Assembly: GCA_976551045.1 (NCBI GenBank)
Contig: CDPCPM010000317.1
Location: forward strand, 3,162,001-3,226,000
Origin: Glaucostegus cemiculus
Lineage: Eukaryota
Direction of reading: 5' to 3'
DNA: 64,000 nt
The notes below the pieces were generated by a model, which did not search any database, was not told where the DNA came from, and saw only the letters and a program-made list of their open reading frames with translations. Of this stretch, positions 48,541 through 61,697 are shown piece after piece. The position numbers and the translations under genes are program-made. The stretch's first letter is position 1. Every line of letters begins with the position of its first letter.

Positions 48541-49654
48541 TCCTATGTCTTTTCCTGGGCTCATGTGGAACCTATCTAATGCATGAAATGTCCATGGACT
48601 ACCAGTCCAATGTGAAATGGTTGTGGTCAGTCTGTTTGGTCCCTGGGAGAGGATGACTTCTTGATGTGCTTGGAGCTCACTAAAGTATCCTGCAGGGATG
48701 CTCCTGTGACAAACCCATCATGGTCACAGTTGGGAGAACACCTCAGGAGACGGCCAGAGAAAGACCTGTTTGATCTCAGTCACATTGCAGGTTATTGGTC
48801 ATTTATGTATGTGACTCCCCAACACTGCCCATCCCTACCCAACCTTGAGAAGCTACTGGCGAGCAATCCACTTAAACCACTACAGCCCCCCCCACCCCCC
48901 AAAAGCTGTTTTGTAGGGCCCTGCCATGTGGCTGAAATCATACAGGCCAAGCTGCCAAAGGACAATGAACCATTTAACCTCAAAATAACAGTTTCAAGGT
49001 CACCGTGACCAAAACAACTTTTTTAAAATTCCAACAATTCCCAGCTGCCATGGTGAGATTTGTTACAGACCCCCTGTGCTGCCACACAGAGATTTGCTAT
49101 CTGAATGTGACACACAGTGAACAAAGCTCTGAGAGACCCTGCAGCAACCCTGCAGTGATGCCTGGTACTCAGGACTTTCAGAATGTTCTACCTCTGTAAC
49201 ATAAACAGTAGTGATAGTGCACTTTCAAGCTTGGATTGGCACAACAGTTGCAGTCGCTTCCTTATTGTACTGACAGTGAGAGCAGTATAATCTAATGCAT
49301 TTTGTCAAAGTCCACAGCTATATCCTTGACCTATTTAGAAGCTTTGAAGAGACTAGCAATGCAAATTCTTGGAAATAGATTATAAATGGGTGAAGATTGA
49401 AACAAGAGGCTCCAGTTTATTGCAAAACAAGAGACAGATCCTGTAAATGTAGGGCAATAGAAACTGTTAATTGATCGAAAATGTGCCTGGAGCCTTGAAG
49501 GGTATATTCAGATCAAGCCCAGCAATCATTGGCCTGCTCATTTGAAGTAAATTTATCTGATCAGCAGTCGAGGAAGTGCTACTGTCAATTGCTCATCCAT
49601 GTCATTGGAAATCAGCCCAATATCGAGTGCAAACTGACTGATGGGGGATGAAAG

Positions 49655-49975
49655 GGTGGTGCAGCGGGCAGTGCTGCTGCCTCACAGCATCGGAGACCCA
49701 GGTTTGATCCTGTCCTCTTGTGCTGTCTGTACGGAGTTTGCACGTTCTCCCTGTGACCATGTGGGTTTCCCCTGGGTGCTCCGATTTCCTCCCACACCCC
49801 AAAGACAGGCGGGCTGGTAGCACCATGAATTGCCCCTATTGTAGGTAGAAGTGATGGGAACATGCGGAGAACAGGTCACAGGAAAATCAGTGGGAGGAAA
49901 TGGGATTGCTCTGTGAGCCAGCAGCAGACTTGATGGGCTGAATGGCCTCCTTCTATGCCATGAGGAAATATGAAA
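49655..49975 (+). mobile_element. Full-length V-SINE (older subfamily)
   Basis: ggtggtgcagcgggcagtgctgctgcctcacagc, B-box-like ggtttgatcc, V-domain, and tail gggctgaatggcctccttct. Confidence 0.85.
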
Positions 49976-51499
49976 GATATTGACAAGTCTAATCTCTCAT
50001 ACTCTCTCCAGCTCCCTCCTTTGCCCACTCTCTCTTTCCCCTTACCATTATTTTCCTCTCTCTAGCTCTCCCATCCTCTCTCAATCCCTCTCTCTGTCTT
50101 TTTCCATCTCACTACTTTCTACACCTCCTCCCTCTGACTGACTTATTCCCTCTGCCTCTTTCTTTCTGGGGAAAAGAGAGAATGTGTGTCATCACACTGG
50201 AAGATAGAATGTTCTGGAACAACTTTACCTGCAACTTCAACTTCAAATCCAGATAACTGTAACCTCCTTGAGCATCTTCTCAAATCGTTGCTTTACAGAC
50301 AACACTCAGCTTCCTAGCCTCTCCATGTAATGGGTGCCTCGTATCCCTGGGACCATTCAATAACTCTCCTGCACAAGCTCTCCAAGGATATGACGTCCCT
50401 ATCAAAAGGGCCTGGAATGAGCACCAGACACCAGCACAGAGGTGTCCGGTACCCATCCTTCCAGAGCCAATGTCCTCACCCCCCAAACCCCAACATGCTT
50501 CCCTCACCCAATGGATATTTCAGTGTGGAGTCTCACAGCTGATAAAAACTTCCTGCTTATTTAAAATTTGAATCCCCAAACTGTCACAGTTTTAATGTGG
50601 TTTCAAGATCGGTGAAAGGCAGGTAAGCATCAATGGGGGAATGGGCGTCGTTTAGGAGTAAACCCCCAGATAAGGCTGACGAAGTTAGAGGAAGAAAATG
50701 CAGTGTGAGTGCTTAGCCTTTGTATAAAAAAAAACAGAGATGACATGTCGTTAGGTTTGTGACCAGTACATGTGGTTGCCGTCAGAATGGGTTCACTAAA
50801 CCTTCAACAGTGAAATGTCTTAGTTTTGCTTTGGGGCTGTAGCCTGTCCCTTGGTGTATGTGACCAAACAGCATGGGTGTAACGTTTCAAGAGGAAGCCT
50901 GACTGACATTGATGCAAGTAGAATGTGTTGATTTGATAGCACAGTAAGTGTAAAGAGAGACGTGCACTCTTTGCATTGTATTTCCGATGTCTATTTAGGA
51001 ATAAAGTATATCCTTTGAAACTAAGCAAGAGTAAATGAAGAGAATGCTTCCGAACAAAGCAAGGAGGGAGTGCAGAATGAGCAATGAGCAAGCAGCAAGT
51101 CCTTTCCTCTCTGAAGGTCAAACTGTTCTTTACCAGGTAATATCACTTATTTATGGTGAGGAGATGCGAGCTGTGCAGCTGCCTGTTGGCCACTGCAGTC
51201 AGCGATGTTAATTCCTCAAAGCACAGCAGGAGGGAGGGCATTCCACAGAAGGAGGCACTGTTAAAGCAATGGTTTAATGAATGGCTGTTTTTTATTACCA
51301 TAGTCAGTTTCCAGCCAGCCTTATCCTGTTGTGAAAACCTGCTCTGTCACATACACAGGGATTCCTTCCCACTGTGGCTAAGTAGGGCAATGGTAGGGGG
51401 AGGGTTGGTGGTGAGTAGTGCTGTACTGTCGAGATGTGTGAGGGACTGTGAATGTGAGTCTATGTGAATAATCCTTTAGTACTCGCTGTTCAGAGCAGA

Positions 51500-51760
51500 C
51501 TGCATGACTGATGGCTGCTTGGGTTCTATGCTGAAGACCCTTTGCACAACCATGGACGTCTTCAATTGTGCCTTTGTGTTTTTTTGCACTAAGGTTTTGT
51601 TTTTGGACGTGTTTTTTTCCCCTCTGTATGGTATAATTTTATGTATAATTTATATCCTGTGTTTTGTCTACACCTACTTGCCTGTGATGTTGCTGCACGT
51701 TTTTCATTGTACCTGTACCTGACCGTACCTGTGCACATGACAATAACCTTGACTTGGATC
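51500..51760 (+). mobile_element. LINE 3' UTR fragment (Rex-like terminal motif)
   Basis: T-rich stretch ending tttttcattgtacctgtacc...gcacatgacaataaccttgacttg. Confidence 0.45.
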
Positions 51761-53538
51761 ACTGGGAATATCCTAGCTTTGACCAATGATCAGTAAGTCC
51801 AAGCTCCCTCCATTTAATGGTGGATGATTGCAAATGGATTGCAAAAAGTCCAAATCCTCTTGCAGGAGGAAATGATGACACACTTAAATAAGTCGTTCAG
51901 CTCAGGTCAATACTAATCAGGTCATGTTCAGGGTCATTAGAGTGCATCCTTGTCAGCCAGGAGATGTTTCTTGTTCTGTCCTCAGTGGGAGTGTTTGAAT
52001 TTTCTGTAGCCCAAGGGAGTCATGCATGAAGGGATTGCTCGTTATCTTCTGATCACTCTCTTCTTTGATGTCTTTTTATCGTTATCTGGGTAAGTGGCTG
52101 GATTCAACTTTTTGCTAAGAAAGTTTATCAGTGAATAACTATCTAAGTTAAACAGTGAGTCTTTGAATTTTTCAGGGTTAAGAGATTAGATCTTCACTCT
52201 AACACAATGCTGAGGGAATGCTGCACTCTCAAGGTTGCTCCTATGAGAAATGAAAATGAAAACCTGCTACTGGGTTTATAACATGGCATGAAGTATTCTT
52301 TCATAAGGAAAATCCCACTCCCTCAGCAATAGCTAATTGGAGCAATACTCCGCTCACTGTTATCTGTGGGATCTTGCTGTGTGAAAAGTCCCAAATCGGG
52401 CTTGCTTCCAGTTACTCTGGAGAATTCTTTATCGCATTACTTAAATGCTGAGGTGCTTCTGACCTTTGTGTTTTCCCCAATCAGTGGGGTCCATTATACT
52501 TACTAAGAATTCTAGTTCAATATCGGTTATACAGTTCCTCAGTCCAGTAATTATAGAAACACTGCTTCCATATGAAATTTCATTATTCTCAACAAGCCTA
52601 ATAACCCATTTATTTTAAAAGCTTTTCTGAGGAAGAAGAATGGTAAATCCCTTATAATGTCTTAAAATCCAACATTCACAACCAGATCTCAATGAGCAAG
52701 ACAGAAAATAATAAAATTGTTTAATATTAATAGAAGATTATAGTGTGATTCCAGTGCTGAGATATTGTTTGAAATGTCAATTATGCAAAGTGAAAGATGA
52801 AAAGTTAATGCAAGCAATGAGGTGCATCCATCCCATTGCACCAATAGTGAAAATAATAAATAGAACATCTAAGTTCTAACCCATAGCCCCTCCCTCTGCA
52901 TACACATGAGAAGAGTGATGTGGGATAATCTTCAATAATGACCTTATTCTCAAGTATTAATCTGCATAATAAAGCATATTAATTTTAATATCCTGCATTA
53001 ACTGTTATTAGCAAATAATCTCACTGAGCTTGCCTCAATGGCTCATCAGTGGGTTTTACCTGAAGCAAACCAAGAGTGTTCCAAATCGCTTAACTTGGCT
53101 GAATCAGTCCTTCAGCAGGGGGGATGCTGGTTTCTACTGAATGGGCTGGTGGCTTACTGAGAAGGCGGCAATCAGTGATTCAGGTTCAGGAGCGTATGGA
53201 TGGTTTTAAGAGCAACAGGATTTGTGGTAAAAGAAAGGACAGACATTTCTGTCCAAATTTTGACCTGCGCTCTTCAGGTTCCCAGCAGCTGAGATCAACC
53301 CCCAAGCAGGACTGCTTCCACAATGCCAAGCCTTCCTCAGCTGCTGACTGGCCTGCTGTGTAGAGTTCCTGCTCTACAGCAGTGAATGGAAAATCCAGCA
53401 GCGTTAACAGAGAATGTTTGGACATCACAGCAGAGCAGCTGACATCCGAAAGTAAACCAGCTAAAACCTCAGGATTTTGCTCCCAATTCTTATTGACTGG
53501 GTCCACCTTGAATGATTTGTATTCAGACAGCTGCGGTA

Positions 53539-53798
53539 GGCAGGCACGGTAGTGTAGCGGCTAGCATAACGCTTTACAGTGCCAGTGACCAGGGTTCAAA
53601 TCCAGCCTCTGTCTGTAAAGAGTTTGTACGTTCTCCTCATGTCTGCGAGGTTTTCCTCTGGGTGCTCCGGTTTCCTCCCACATTTCAAAGACATATGGGT
53701 TAGGAAGTTGTGGGCATGCTACGTTGGTGCTGGAAACATGGTGACACTTGCGGGCTGCCCCAAGAACAAATAAAGATATCTTATATTAGATATCTTAT
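53539..53798 (+). mobile_element. Near full-length V-SINE with Rex1-type tail
   Basis: Head and V-domain are colinear with 3021-3180 (B-box ggttcaaatcc), then diverge into ttaggaagttgtgggcatgc...gggctgcccc...aataaagatatctta. Confidence 0.9.
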
Positions 53799-54379
53799 AA
53801 CTTGCCTATAGTGTCTTTAATGGAAAAATGGTCCCAAGTGCCTCGTAGAAAGACCCCAGAGTTATATTTTCTTAAGAGGGGTGGCCAAGAACAGTTAAAT
53901 AGATGTTAAGGACAGTCCTAAATAGGGATTAGAGGGCTTTCATGCAGCTGAAGTTACAGCCACTAATGGTTTGTTGTGCAGGAAGCCTGAGGTCAATGTA
54001 GAACAATATGGAAACAGCACAGCACAGGAACAGTCCCTTCAGCCCACAATATCTGTGCTGGCCATGATGACAATCCAAACTAATCCTATCTGCTTGTTCA
54101 TGCTCCTGTCCAAGGGCCTCAAACAGGTCAGAGGGTATGTTGAGCCAGAGCAGGGTCTTGGAGTATCTAAACACATGGGATATTTTAAACTGGAGATTCG
54201 CTGTGTCCAAGAGCTGATGTATGTTAACAATCAGGAGTAATGCTGGGTTTAACCTTGCATGAGATAAAATAAGGTGTGAAGGACGGGAGACCACAGTGAT
54301 ATTTGAGGCAGGGTTAAAGGTAGCACAGAAGGAAGTTTAATAAGCAACACCTTGTCCTGTCTCAGAGCCATCGCCAAGC

Positions 54380-55400
54380 ATCTCAACTCGAACAAAGTAC
54401 TTCAAAGTGCTACATTTGTTTGTTACATTGGAAATAAACTGAAGTCAATGGGCACCAAAGGGAAAAAAAAATCTCCAGTGGTTGGAGTCATAGTTTGCAC
54501 ATGGGAGGATAATTGTTGCAGGTCAATCATCCAGCCCCAGCACATCACTGCAGGAGTTCCCTAGGGTGGCATCCTGAATCCAATCATCTTCAGATGCTCC
54601 ATTATAAGTTCAGAAGTGACGATGTTTGCTGACGATGGCACAATTGCAAATTCTCAGTAAATGAAGCAGCTCATGTCTGAGTGAAGCAAAACTGAAACAC
54701 CATTCATGCACGGACATGTGGCACCAAAAAGTGCCAAGAAGTGATCATTTCCAGCATAGACAGTAATATAATCAACCCATGTCTTCAGTAGCATTAGCGG
54801 AGTCCCCCACTATCAAAATCCTGCATCACCATTGATGGGAAACTCAATGGACCAGCCACATAAATACACTGGCTATAAAAGCAGGTCTGAAATTGGGTAA
54901 CCTTCAGCAAGTGACTCACCTTCTGACACCCCAAAGCCTTTGCATCATCTATAAATCACTATGGACTGTGATAGAACACTCTCCATTTTCTTGAATGAAT
55001 GCAGATCCAACAACAGTCAGGAAGATCATCACCAGTCTGCTTAAATGGCACATCCACCAGGCTAAACATTCACTCACTCCCTCCACCACTATCTAGAGAA
55101 TGCAATATTCCCTCTCAAGTCCATGACATCTATAACAAGAGCAAGGGCTTCAGGCACAGAGGAAGACAACCACCTGCTAGTTCCCCTTCAAGCCATTCAC
55201 CATCCTGACATGGTAATATATAACGCTGGTTCTTGATTGCCATTGACTCCAAATTCTGGAATTATCCTCCCCAACAGGATTGCCAGAGTATCTTCACTAC
55301 TCAAATTGCAGACGTTCAAGAAGTAAGATCACCATTACCTTCCAATATGGATGAGCAATAAATACTGCTTTCCCAGTGACACTTACATCCAGAGAAATGA
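54380..55400 (+). mobile_element. Decayed family-B LINE, RT region to 3' end
   Basis: gcaggagttccctagggtggcatcctg (GVP*GG.L), atgtttgctgacgat (MFADD), and terminal gagcaataaatactgctttcccagtgacacttacatcc. Confidence 0.75.
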
Positions 55401-55809
55401 ATTTAAAGAAATTCAGGTTTCTAAAATGTTAATTAGATTAATAACCAGTTAATCTGTTCCTGGTGTTCTGGCTGAGAGAGAAACATTGGAGTGAACCATT
55501 TGCTTAAACACTGGGCACCAGAATGATCAGAAGAGGCAGAATGGGGACAGTGCACAATCTGATGGTGGCAGGTGTGGTATGGGCAGCATCCAGGTGGTAA
55601 ATAATCTTCCCAGGACAAGGGCACTGCTCCTGCTCACAGATTAATGTAGAGAAGCAGTGTAAACTATTCCACACCATCCACCTGGGTAAATATTCAGCCA
55701 TTCAGCCATGTCGCTTCACCAGTTCCAATCTTCCAAGTTCTCTCTCTCTCTGCAACAAACATGCTTTCAGTTGGAATTTACAACAGTGCTCATCCCATCA
55801 ACCATTTTA

Positions 55810-56040
55810 TCACCTGATGAGAAGTCCCACCATGGCAGAACGGAATTTAAATTCATTTCATTAAATAAATCTGAATTAAAACATTCATATCAGTAACAGT
55901 GACTCTCATTCTAACAAAACCCAGTAGCTCATTAACATCCACCAGGAGAGGAAACGTGCCATCCTTACACAGTGTGGACAATATACGTGGCTCCAAACCA
56001 TTAACATTGTTGACTCTTAACTACTTTTCAAATGGACAGA
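55810..56040 (+). mobile_element. tRNA-type SINE body (same family as 4750 and 38740)
   Basis: tcccaccatggcag...gaatttaaattca...ggaaacgtgccatccttac...gttgactcttaactac. Confidence 0.65.
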
Positions 56041-56299
56041 TCAGTTTGGTGTTCTTCACTTTCATTCGCCTTTCTTGTATAATTAAGCAGGCAGAAAGAA
56101 TTTGTTCACCAGGGGATAATGAAAGAAAACAAAAGTGAACTTCATATTTCAAGCAGCCCAAGGCATTTCATAGCCAATAAACTGCTTGTGAAAAGGAGTG
56201 AATATTGTGGAGGCTAAAATGTTGGCCAATTTCCACCCAGCAGGAGTTCCTATGATAAATTGACATCAACATTGACAGCTCAGCTATTCTCTCCAGTGC

Positions 56300-57560
56300 T
56301 GGTTTATAGCTAAAGAGAATTCCAAAATCTTTTATAAATATATTATAAGGAAGAGGGTAGCTTGGTAAAGAGTGGGTCCCCTGAAGGAAATTGTGCTGTG
56401 GAGCCAGGTGTTATGAATGGGGCCCTAAATGAATACTTCTTATCTGTGTTCTCCAGGGAGGGGGATGGGGAGGATATAGGGTCAGGGGAGGTCTGTGCTG
56501 ATAATCTGGAACATGCGTGTATCAGGAAAGAGAAAGTATCAGAGGTATTGATGCACATTAAGGTGGACACTGGCAGAGCATATACAATGAACAGCAGAGA
56601 CATTAGAAGTGAAGATTTTCAAAGGGGCTTCGGGGCACAAGTTTATAATTCCCTAAAATTGGTGACAAGAGTAAATGAGGTAGTGAAGAAGACATTGCAC
56701 TTGATTGCCCTCATATGCAGCTGTCATGATTCTGAGTACTGGCCCTTGATTTGGTTCATTAGATGCCTCGTTGTACAGCACATTGAATCCATGCTGGACT
56801 GATTGCACAATGACACACACCTGAGCCCCATCAGGGGCCTAGCATAAGTACCTGGGTTTCTCTAGCACTAGTTGCCAGAGTATTGGTCAACCTTTGGGTA
56901 TACTTTGCTCCTTGCTGCTTAGAGTGGTTTACTCTGGAGCAGTCCTGTGTTCTCTAGTCCTGCTTGAAGATTCAGTTTGTGTTGGGATTACTACTCAGAT
57001 CTCAGAGGCAAGATTTCCTTCCAGTGTTGCCTGCCTCCAGTACTGAGGAAGTATCCTGCCTCCAGTCTTTTATCAGTGTGCTGCATTTGGGTTCTCTGTG
57101 ATCTTGTTCTTCAATCAACATTGTGACAGCAGCAGTATTGAGTATAAGTGTTGGAACATCCATGTTGCAATTGTACAAGAGATTGGTCAGACCACACTTC
57201 TTTTTATTGTGTGTGCAGATCTGGTCACACATTTACAGAAAGGATATGGTAGCACTAGAAAGAGTGCAGAAGAGAATCACAAGGATGCTGCCTGGAATGG
57301 AGGGCTTCAGTTACAAGGAGAGATTAGATGGGTTGGGGTTCTTCTCACTGGAGCATGGGAGACTGAGGTGTGACCTTATAGAGATTTATAAAGTATGAGG
57401 GACATAGATTGGATGGATGGTAACAGTCTTTTTTAGCTGAGGATAGAGAAGTTTAAAACTAGAGGACAAAGGATTAAGATGAGGAGGGAAATCTTTAAAG
57501 GAGAGCCAAGGAGGAAGTCTTTCCTCAGAGGGTGGGTATATGGACAAGTCAGGCAGGAGG
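56300..57560 (+). mobile_element. Internally deleted CR1 LINE interrupted by solo LTR copy 3
   Basis: ORF 56362-56802 (LNEYFLSVFSRE) and 57123-57398 (LQLYKRLVRPH...LERVQKRITRMLPGM...GFFSLE). Confidence 0.85.
56722..57128 (+). mobile_element. Solo LTR, copy 3 (407 bp), inserted in a CR1
   Basis: TGTCATG...GTGACA termini; perfect 5-bp TSD GCAGC (56717-56721, 57129-57133). Confidence 0.85.
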
Positions 57561-57779
57561 GCTGTACAACTCTAGGACTCTTAATGCAGTCCAGGTCACT
57601 GAGAAAACTTCCTTGATTTTTTTTTACAGCACAGTAATTCTTTCACAGTGAAGGCTGTCCAGGTGTGGAACCCAGTACTACACTGGATTGTTGAAAGTGG
57701 GCCAAGCACACAATTTTAATGTGGGTACATGTGTAGAGAAAGTGGGGTTAAGAAGTTTAGTGAACATTGAAATTCTTAG

Positions 57780-58110
57780 AGGACTCAAGGTAGATACAGG
57801 AAAGGTTTTTCCTTGGAACTTGGGGCTGCAGTCTCAAAATAAAGCATAGACCACTTGGAATTGAAATGAAGAGAATCTCCCTCACATGGAAGGTGGTGAC
57901 TCTTTGGAGCTCTCTACCCAGGAGTTGTGGAGGCTCAGTCATTGAGTTCACACAAAACAGGAATTGATAGATATCTAAATTTTAAAGGAATCAAGAGATA
58001 CATGGCTAATGGGACTGGGGTAGTGGGTCAGCCATGCTCTTATCAAATGGCAGAGCAGGATTGAGGGGACCCATGGCTTCTTCATACTCTATGTCCTTAT
58101 GTACTTTGAC
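57780..58110 (+). mobile_element. CR1 3' end (older subfamily)
   Basis: cagtctcaaaataaag...ggtggtgactctttggagctctctaccc...cagccatg...ggcagagcagg...ccttatgt. Confidence 0.75.
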
Positions 58111-60469
58111 CAGTGTGTATCATGGGCTGAATGATTGACATGTAATATTTAAATCTATCATTCATCTATTGCCTCCTGTAGGCTCATTTACTGCTTGTAA
58201 AATTGCAACAGCTTAGCTTCTCTGCAACACTGTGACTTTCATTTCTTGCCAATTCTGTTTCTCATCATATTTCTTCCTTCCAAATTCAGGTCATTTTCCC
58301 TGTAAAATTCAGCAATTTCTGGAGAGCTGGGAGTGGGGAATACTTCCCTTTAGACTACACCTATATTACATCGAATCTGTCAGCTGATTATCTATAAAGC
58401 TTTCCCCATTGATGCTGACTGAATAATTAACCATATGGCCTGGCTTGTCACAGGAACACTCTGTACAGAGCTAAAGGTATTGAATTAGACTTATGTGCCT
58501 TATGTTTTAATGTAGCCTTCTCTTGGTTCTAGATGGAATTCCTGATCCATTTTAAACTGCAGTCTCAAGGAGTGGTCTGCAGTTTTGACTTAAAATGAAG
58601 TAAGCAGTTTCTTTAAAGCTACTGGCGCTATTTCTAGTTTGTTTCAAAACCTCTGTGTTTTAGAAGCTGCAATACCTGGGACAACCAGCTACTCTCATAC
58701 AGTTTACCCACTGACCATCAGAGCTATGGTTAGCAAGCCCATTGGGTTATGATGGTAGGTGAGCAACAGGGCTAAACTTGACGTGGTCCTCAATCAACAG
58801 ATATTTGCAGAGCCCAGAAGGAACCATTGAATAAATATAAGAACTAAAATGAAACCCAATTTCCTCCACTTAACTCAAAGAAAGTGAGGGCTAATATCCA
58901 TCCAGCCACACTTGTGGCTATGCACCACAGGGGTTTCTCCCAGAACCAGGACATGCAATGTTTAACCAGCTTCCTCTTCAACTCAACTCTGCTTTTCAGC
59001 TAAGTTACTCCCAATGGGAGCAAGTTCCACATTCTCCAAACTATCTGGCTAAAGAGGTTCCTCCTGAATCCCCCATTAAACTTACTGGTAACAAGCTCAT
59101 ATTTAAAGATTCTGGATTTGGTCTCCTCACAAACAGGTGTATCATCTCCACATCTACCATTTCAAAGTCTTCTTAATGCTAAGTATATATTTCAATGTTG
59201 AGCTCAGTCTTAACTTTCCTGGAGAATTGAAGGTGCAATTAATTTACTGTGTGGAGCAATGATAGTTATTGTGACTTTCTGGATCTATGGCCATGATGAT
59301 TAAAAGCCCTGCCTGATGTATATGTTCCAGGTTTTTATCCCTAGTTTATCCTTAACTACATCTGTAGTAATGATGAATCATGCAATTGACCATTGTGCCT
59401 CTGGACTTTGAAGGAGAGTGTTTCTGTTCAGCACTTGAACGGAGTTGGACATGGATAGGATTCACCAAGTGACAAGAGTAGTCCAGGCACTGAAGCCTTT
59501 CAAATTTCCTGCCAACGTACACTGTGACGACTCAGAAAATAGGACAGATGTTTGGATGAGATGTTGGAAATCCCATAAATTCTGAGGAAGAGCTGGGAAA
59601 TGCCGTCATATGGCCGATTCCTTCAAGAGGATTCGGGGGTTGAACAAGGGATACAATATATGGTGCACTGGATTTTCTAAAAATAACTATTTCCCAGTTG
59701 GATATAAATCTGGACTTAAATTGAGTCATATTAGTGGATGCTGGATCCATCTGGTCTTTGAACCTGTATTTGACATGAATTATTGGGTACTTGAAAATAG
59801 TACAGATTAAGGGTGTCATAGGAATGCATTAAATGTACACCTGCTAATCCATCCAGTAGTATTTTCTGAGCTCTCAAACATCACATGCTGGTTATCTGCT
59901 GACAGCACATTGCTAGCTACATACATCCACCTCTGTACTTCCATTATCTCCAAAATTCTTTTGCTATGCTGACTATTCTTATCATAGAAAGAATTTTCTT
60001 AAAATAAAATCAATCATAGAGTTTTTAATACAATTACTATAAATGTGTATGGTTATTGTAAAGAGGAATGTACGTCTTGCTCTGAAGTGTTATCTTCTTT
60101 GAGTGCAAATATTTCATGGTAGGGTCATATAAAAAAAGAAGCAATGCGTGAGGAACAGTCTCCCATTCTTTTTTTAACAATCTCTTTGTCTGTCCCATCT
60201 GATCATTTAACTCACTGGATACAAGTGTCCTCTAAACGTTTGTCTATTTGGACAATCTGTGAAATCTCCAGCAAACTACCAAGGGTAAATCCTTTTCACC
60301 CAACGATGTCAATGAGAGTCAACAGGCGATGCTTCTGTGAAAGGCATCAGTGGCTGACCTGCTCCTGTCCATTGGTGACTATTACGCAGCACAATGTCTG
60401 CTCTGAAACGGGATAGCTATTACCTGCTGCCAGGCACATAAAGGCCAATTTCCATGAGGGTTTATTCAC

Positions 60470-60620
60470 AAACAGACATACACACATATGTTCGTACACA
60501 CATTTGCAGAGAGAGAGAGACATTCACTGAGACACGCACCTGCCTCCGATAGAGAGAGAAGGGAAGAGAGAGACCGATACGCAGAGAGAGAGAGAGAGTG
60601 CAACACACACACACATACAG
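60470..60620. repeat. Compound (CA)n/(GA)n microsatellite cluster
   Basis: Several short CA and GA runs are visible. Confidence 0.85.
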
Positions 60621-61655
60621 ACTGCCTGTTGTTTTTGTAAGAAGAACACACAAAAGCCTATGAAGACAATGACCCAAATTCGATTTGCTTCCCTCCATCT
60701 TATTTCAGTTCTACCCTCCATAACTCAAACTGAATTCATTGCCGAAAGAAAAGTCTAGATGACTGGAACTTCTTACAAATGGAAATTAGTAGCTCTCTTA
60801 AGATATTGTGACCTTTACAACACGCAGTTCCGACCTATCCCTCAAGGCCACTAGATAAGAATAAAAAAAACTATTTTTGCAATGAAATAACTACAACAGT
60901 CGTTAATTTACCATAAACTCAAAACACGCCAACACCAGATCCAAAAACCCTGCATCCATTTTTCTTTGTATCCTTATATTTCCATCCGCTGCAGTTTGCA
61001 AAGAGTTAATCTATAGCCTCCACTCCGCTTTATTTTATATACTAAATAAATATTTCAATATTTAATAACTTATTAGAAGGGATTCTTTGAAATATGATGT
61101 CTGTTTTAATCTAAACGATAGAATTCAGATACTAACCCAATTCGCCCTATATAAGGTGCTTTATCAATGGTTATCAGTATTCTTTGAATATCTCAATATT
61201 ATGTGGCGCTTCTACATTTTACAGGATCTGTAAAGGGTTGAATCCTCCAGAAGGAACTGTAATATATAATCTCAGTCACACACGCATCTTTCGACCAGAG
61301 ATCTCCTTATATTCAGTAGACAAGCAAGCACCGATACCTAACAGAAGATGAGAACAATCTGCCGATTGTTTTACCTTTGCAAAGAAACATTAATTTGGTT
61401 CAGTCGAAGTAGCTGAAAGCAGGTTCCATGGGCTTTTCACCTCTTCTCAGCACACGCTTCCTCTAGCCGTTCCAGCTGTGCTGAAAGACTCCTGGAGCCA
61501 CAATCTTGATCAAAGCAGAGGAAAAAATGAAATAAATAAGCAATCGCGCTGATTTAGGACGAGCGGGTTGTTCCTGCGCATTGATTTTCTGTATATAATC
61601 CCATCCTCAACAGAGAGAACGATTTAAGTCCCGGCTCTCCTTCACTGCCGATGGT

Positions 61656-61676
61656 TTCAGCACCACGGTCAGTTCC
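61656..61676 (+). promoter_or_regulatory. RE1/NRSE (REST binding site) 1
   Basis: TTCAGCACCACGGTCAGTTCC against consensus TTCAGCACCACGGACAGCGCC: 18/21 identity with the canonical 2-bp spacer. Confidence 0.8.
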
Positions 61677-61697
61677 TCTCTCCTCACGGCTGCTGGC

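Noticed and set aside
53186-53506. Host coding exon on the minus strand
   Set aside because: No recognisable domain or convincing splice-site pair; length is compatible with chance.
37085-57128. One full-length LTR element bounded by copies 2 and 3 (or a composite bounded by copies 1 and 2)
   Set aside because: Each copy has its own matching TSD, and the intervening DNA has no gag-pol.
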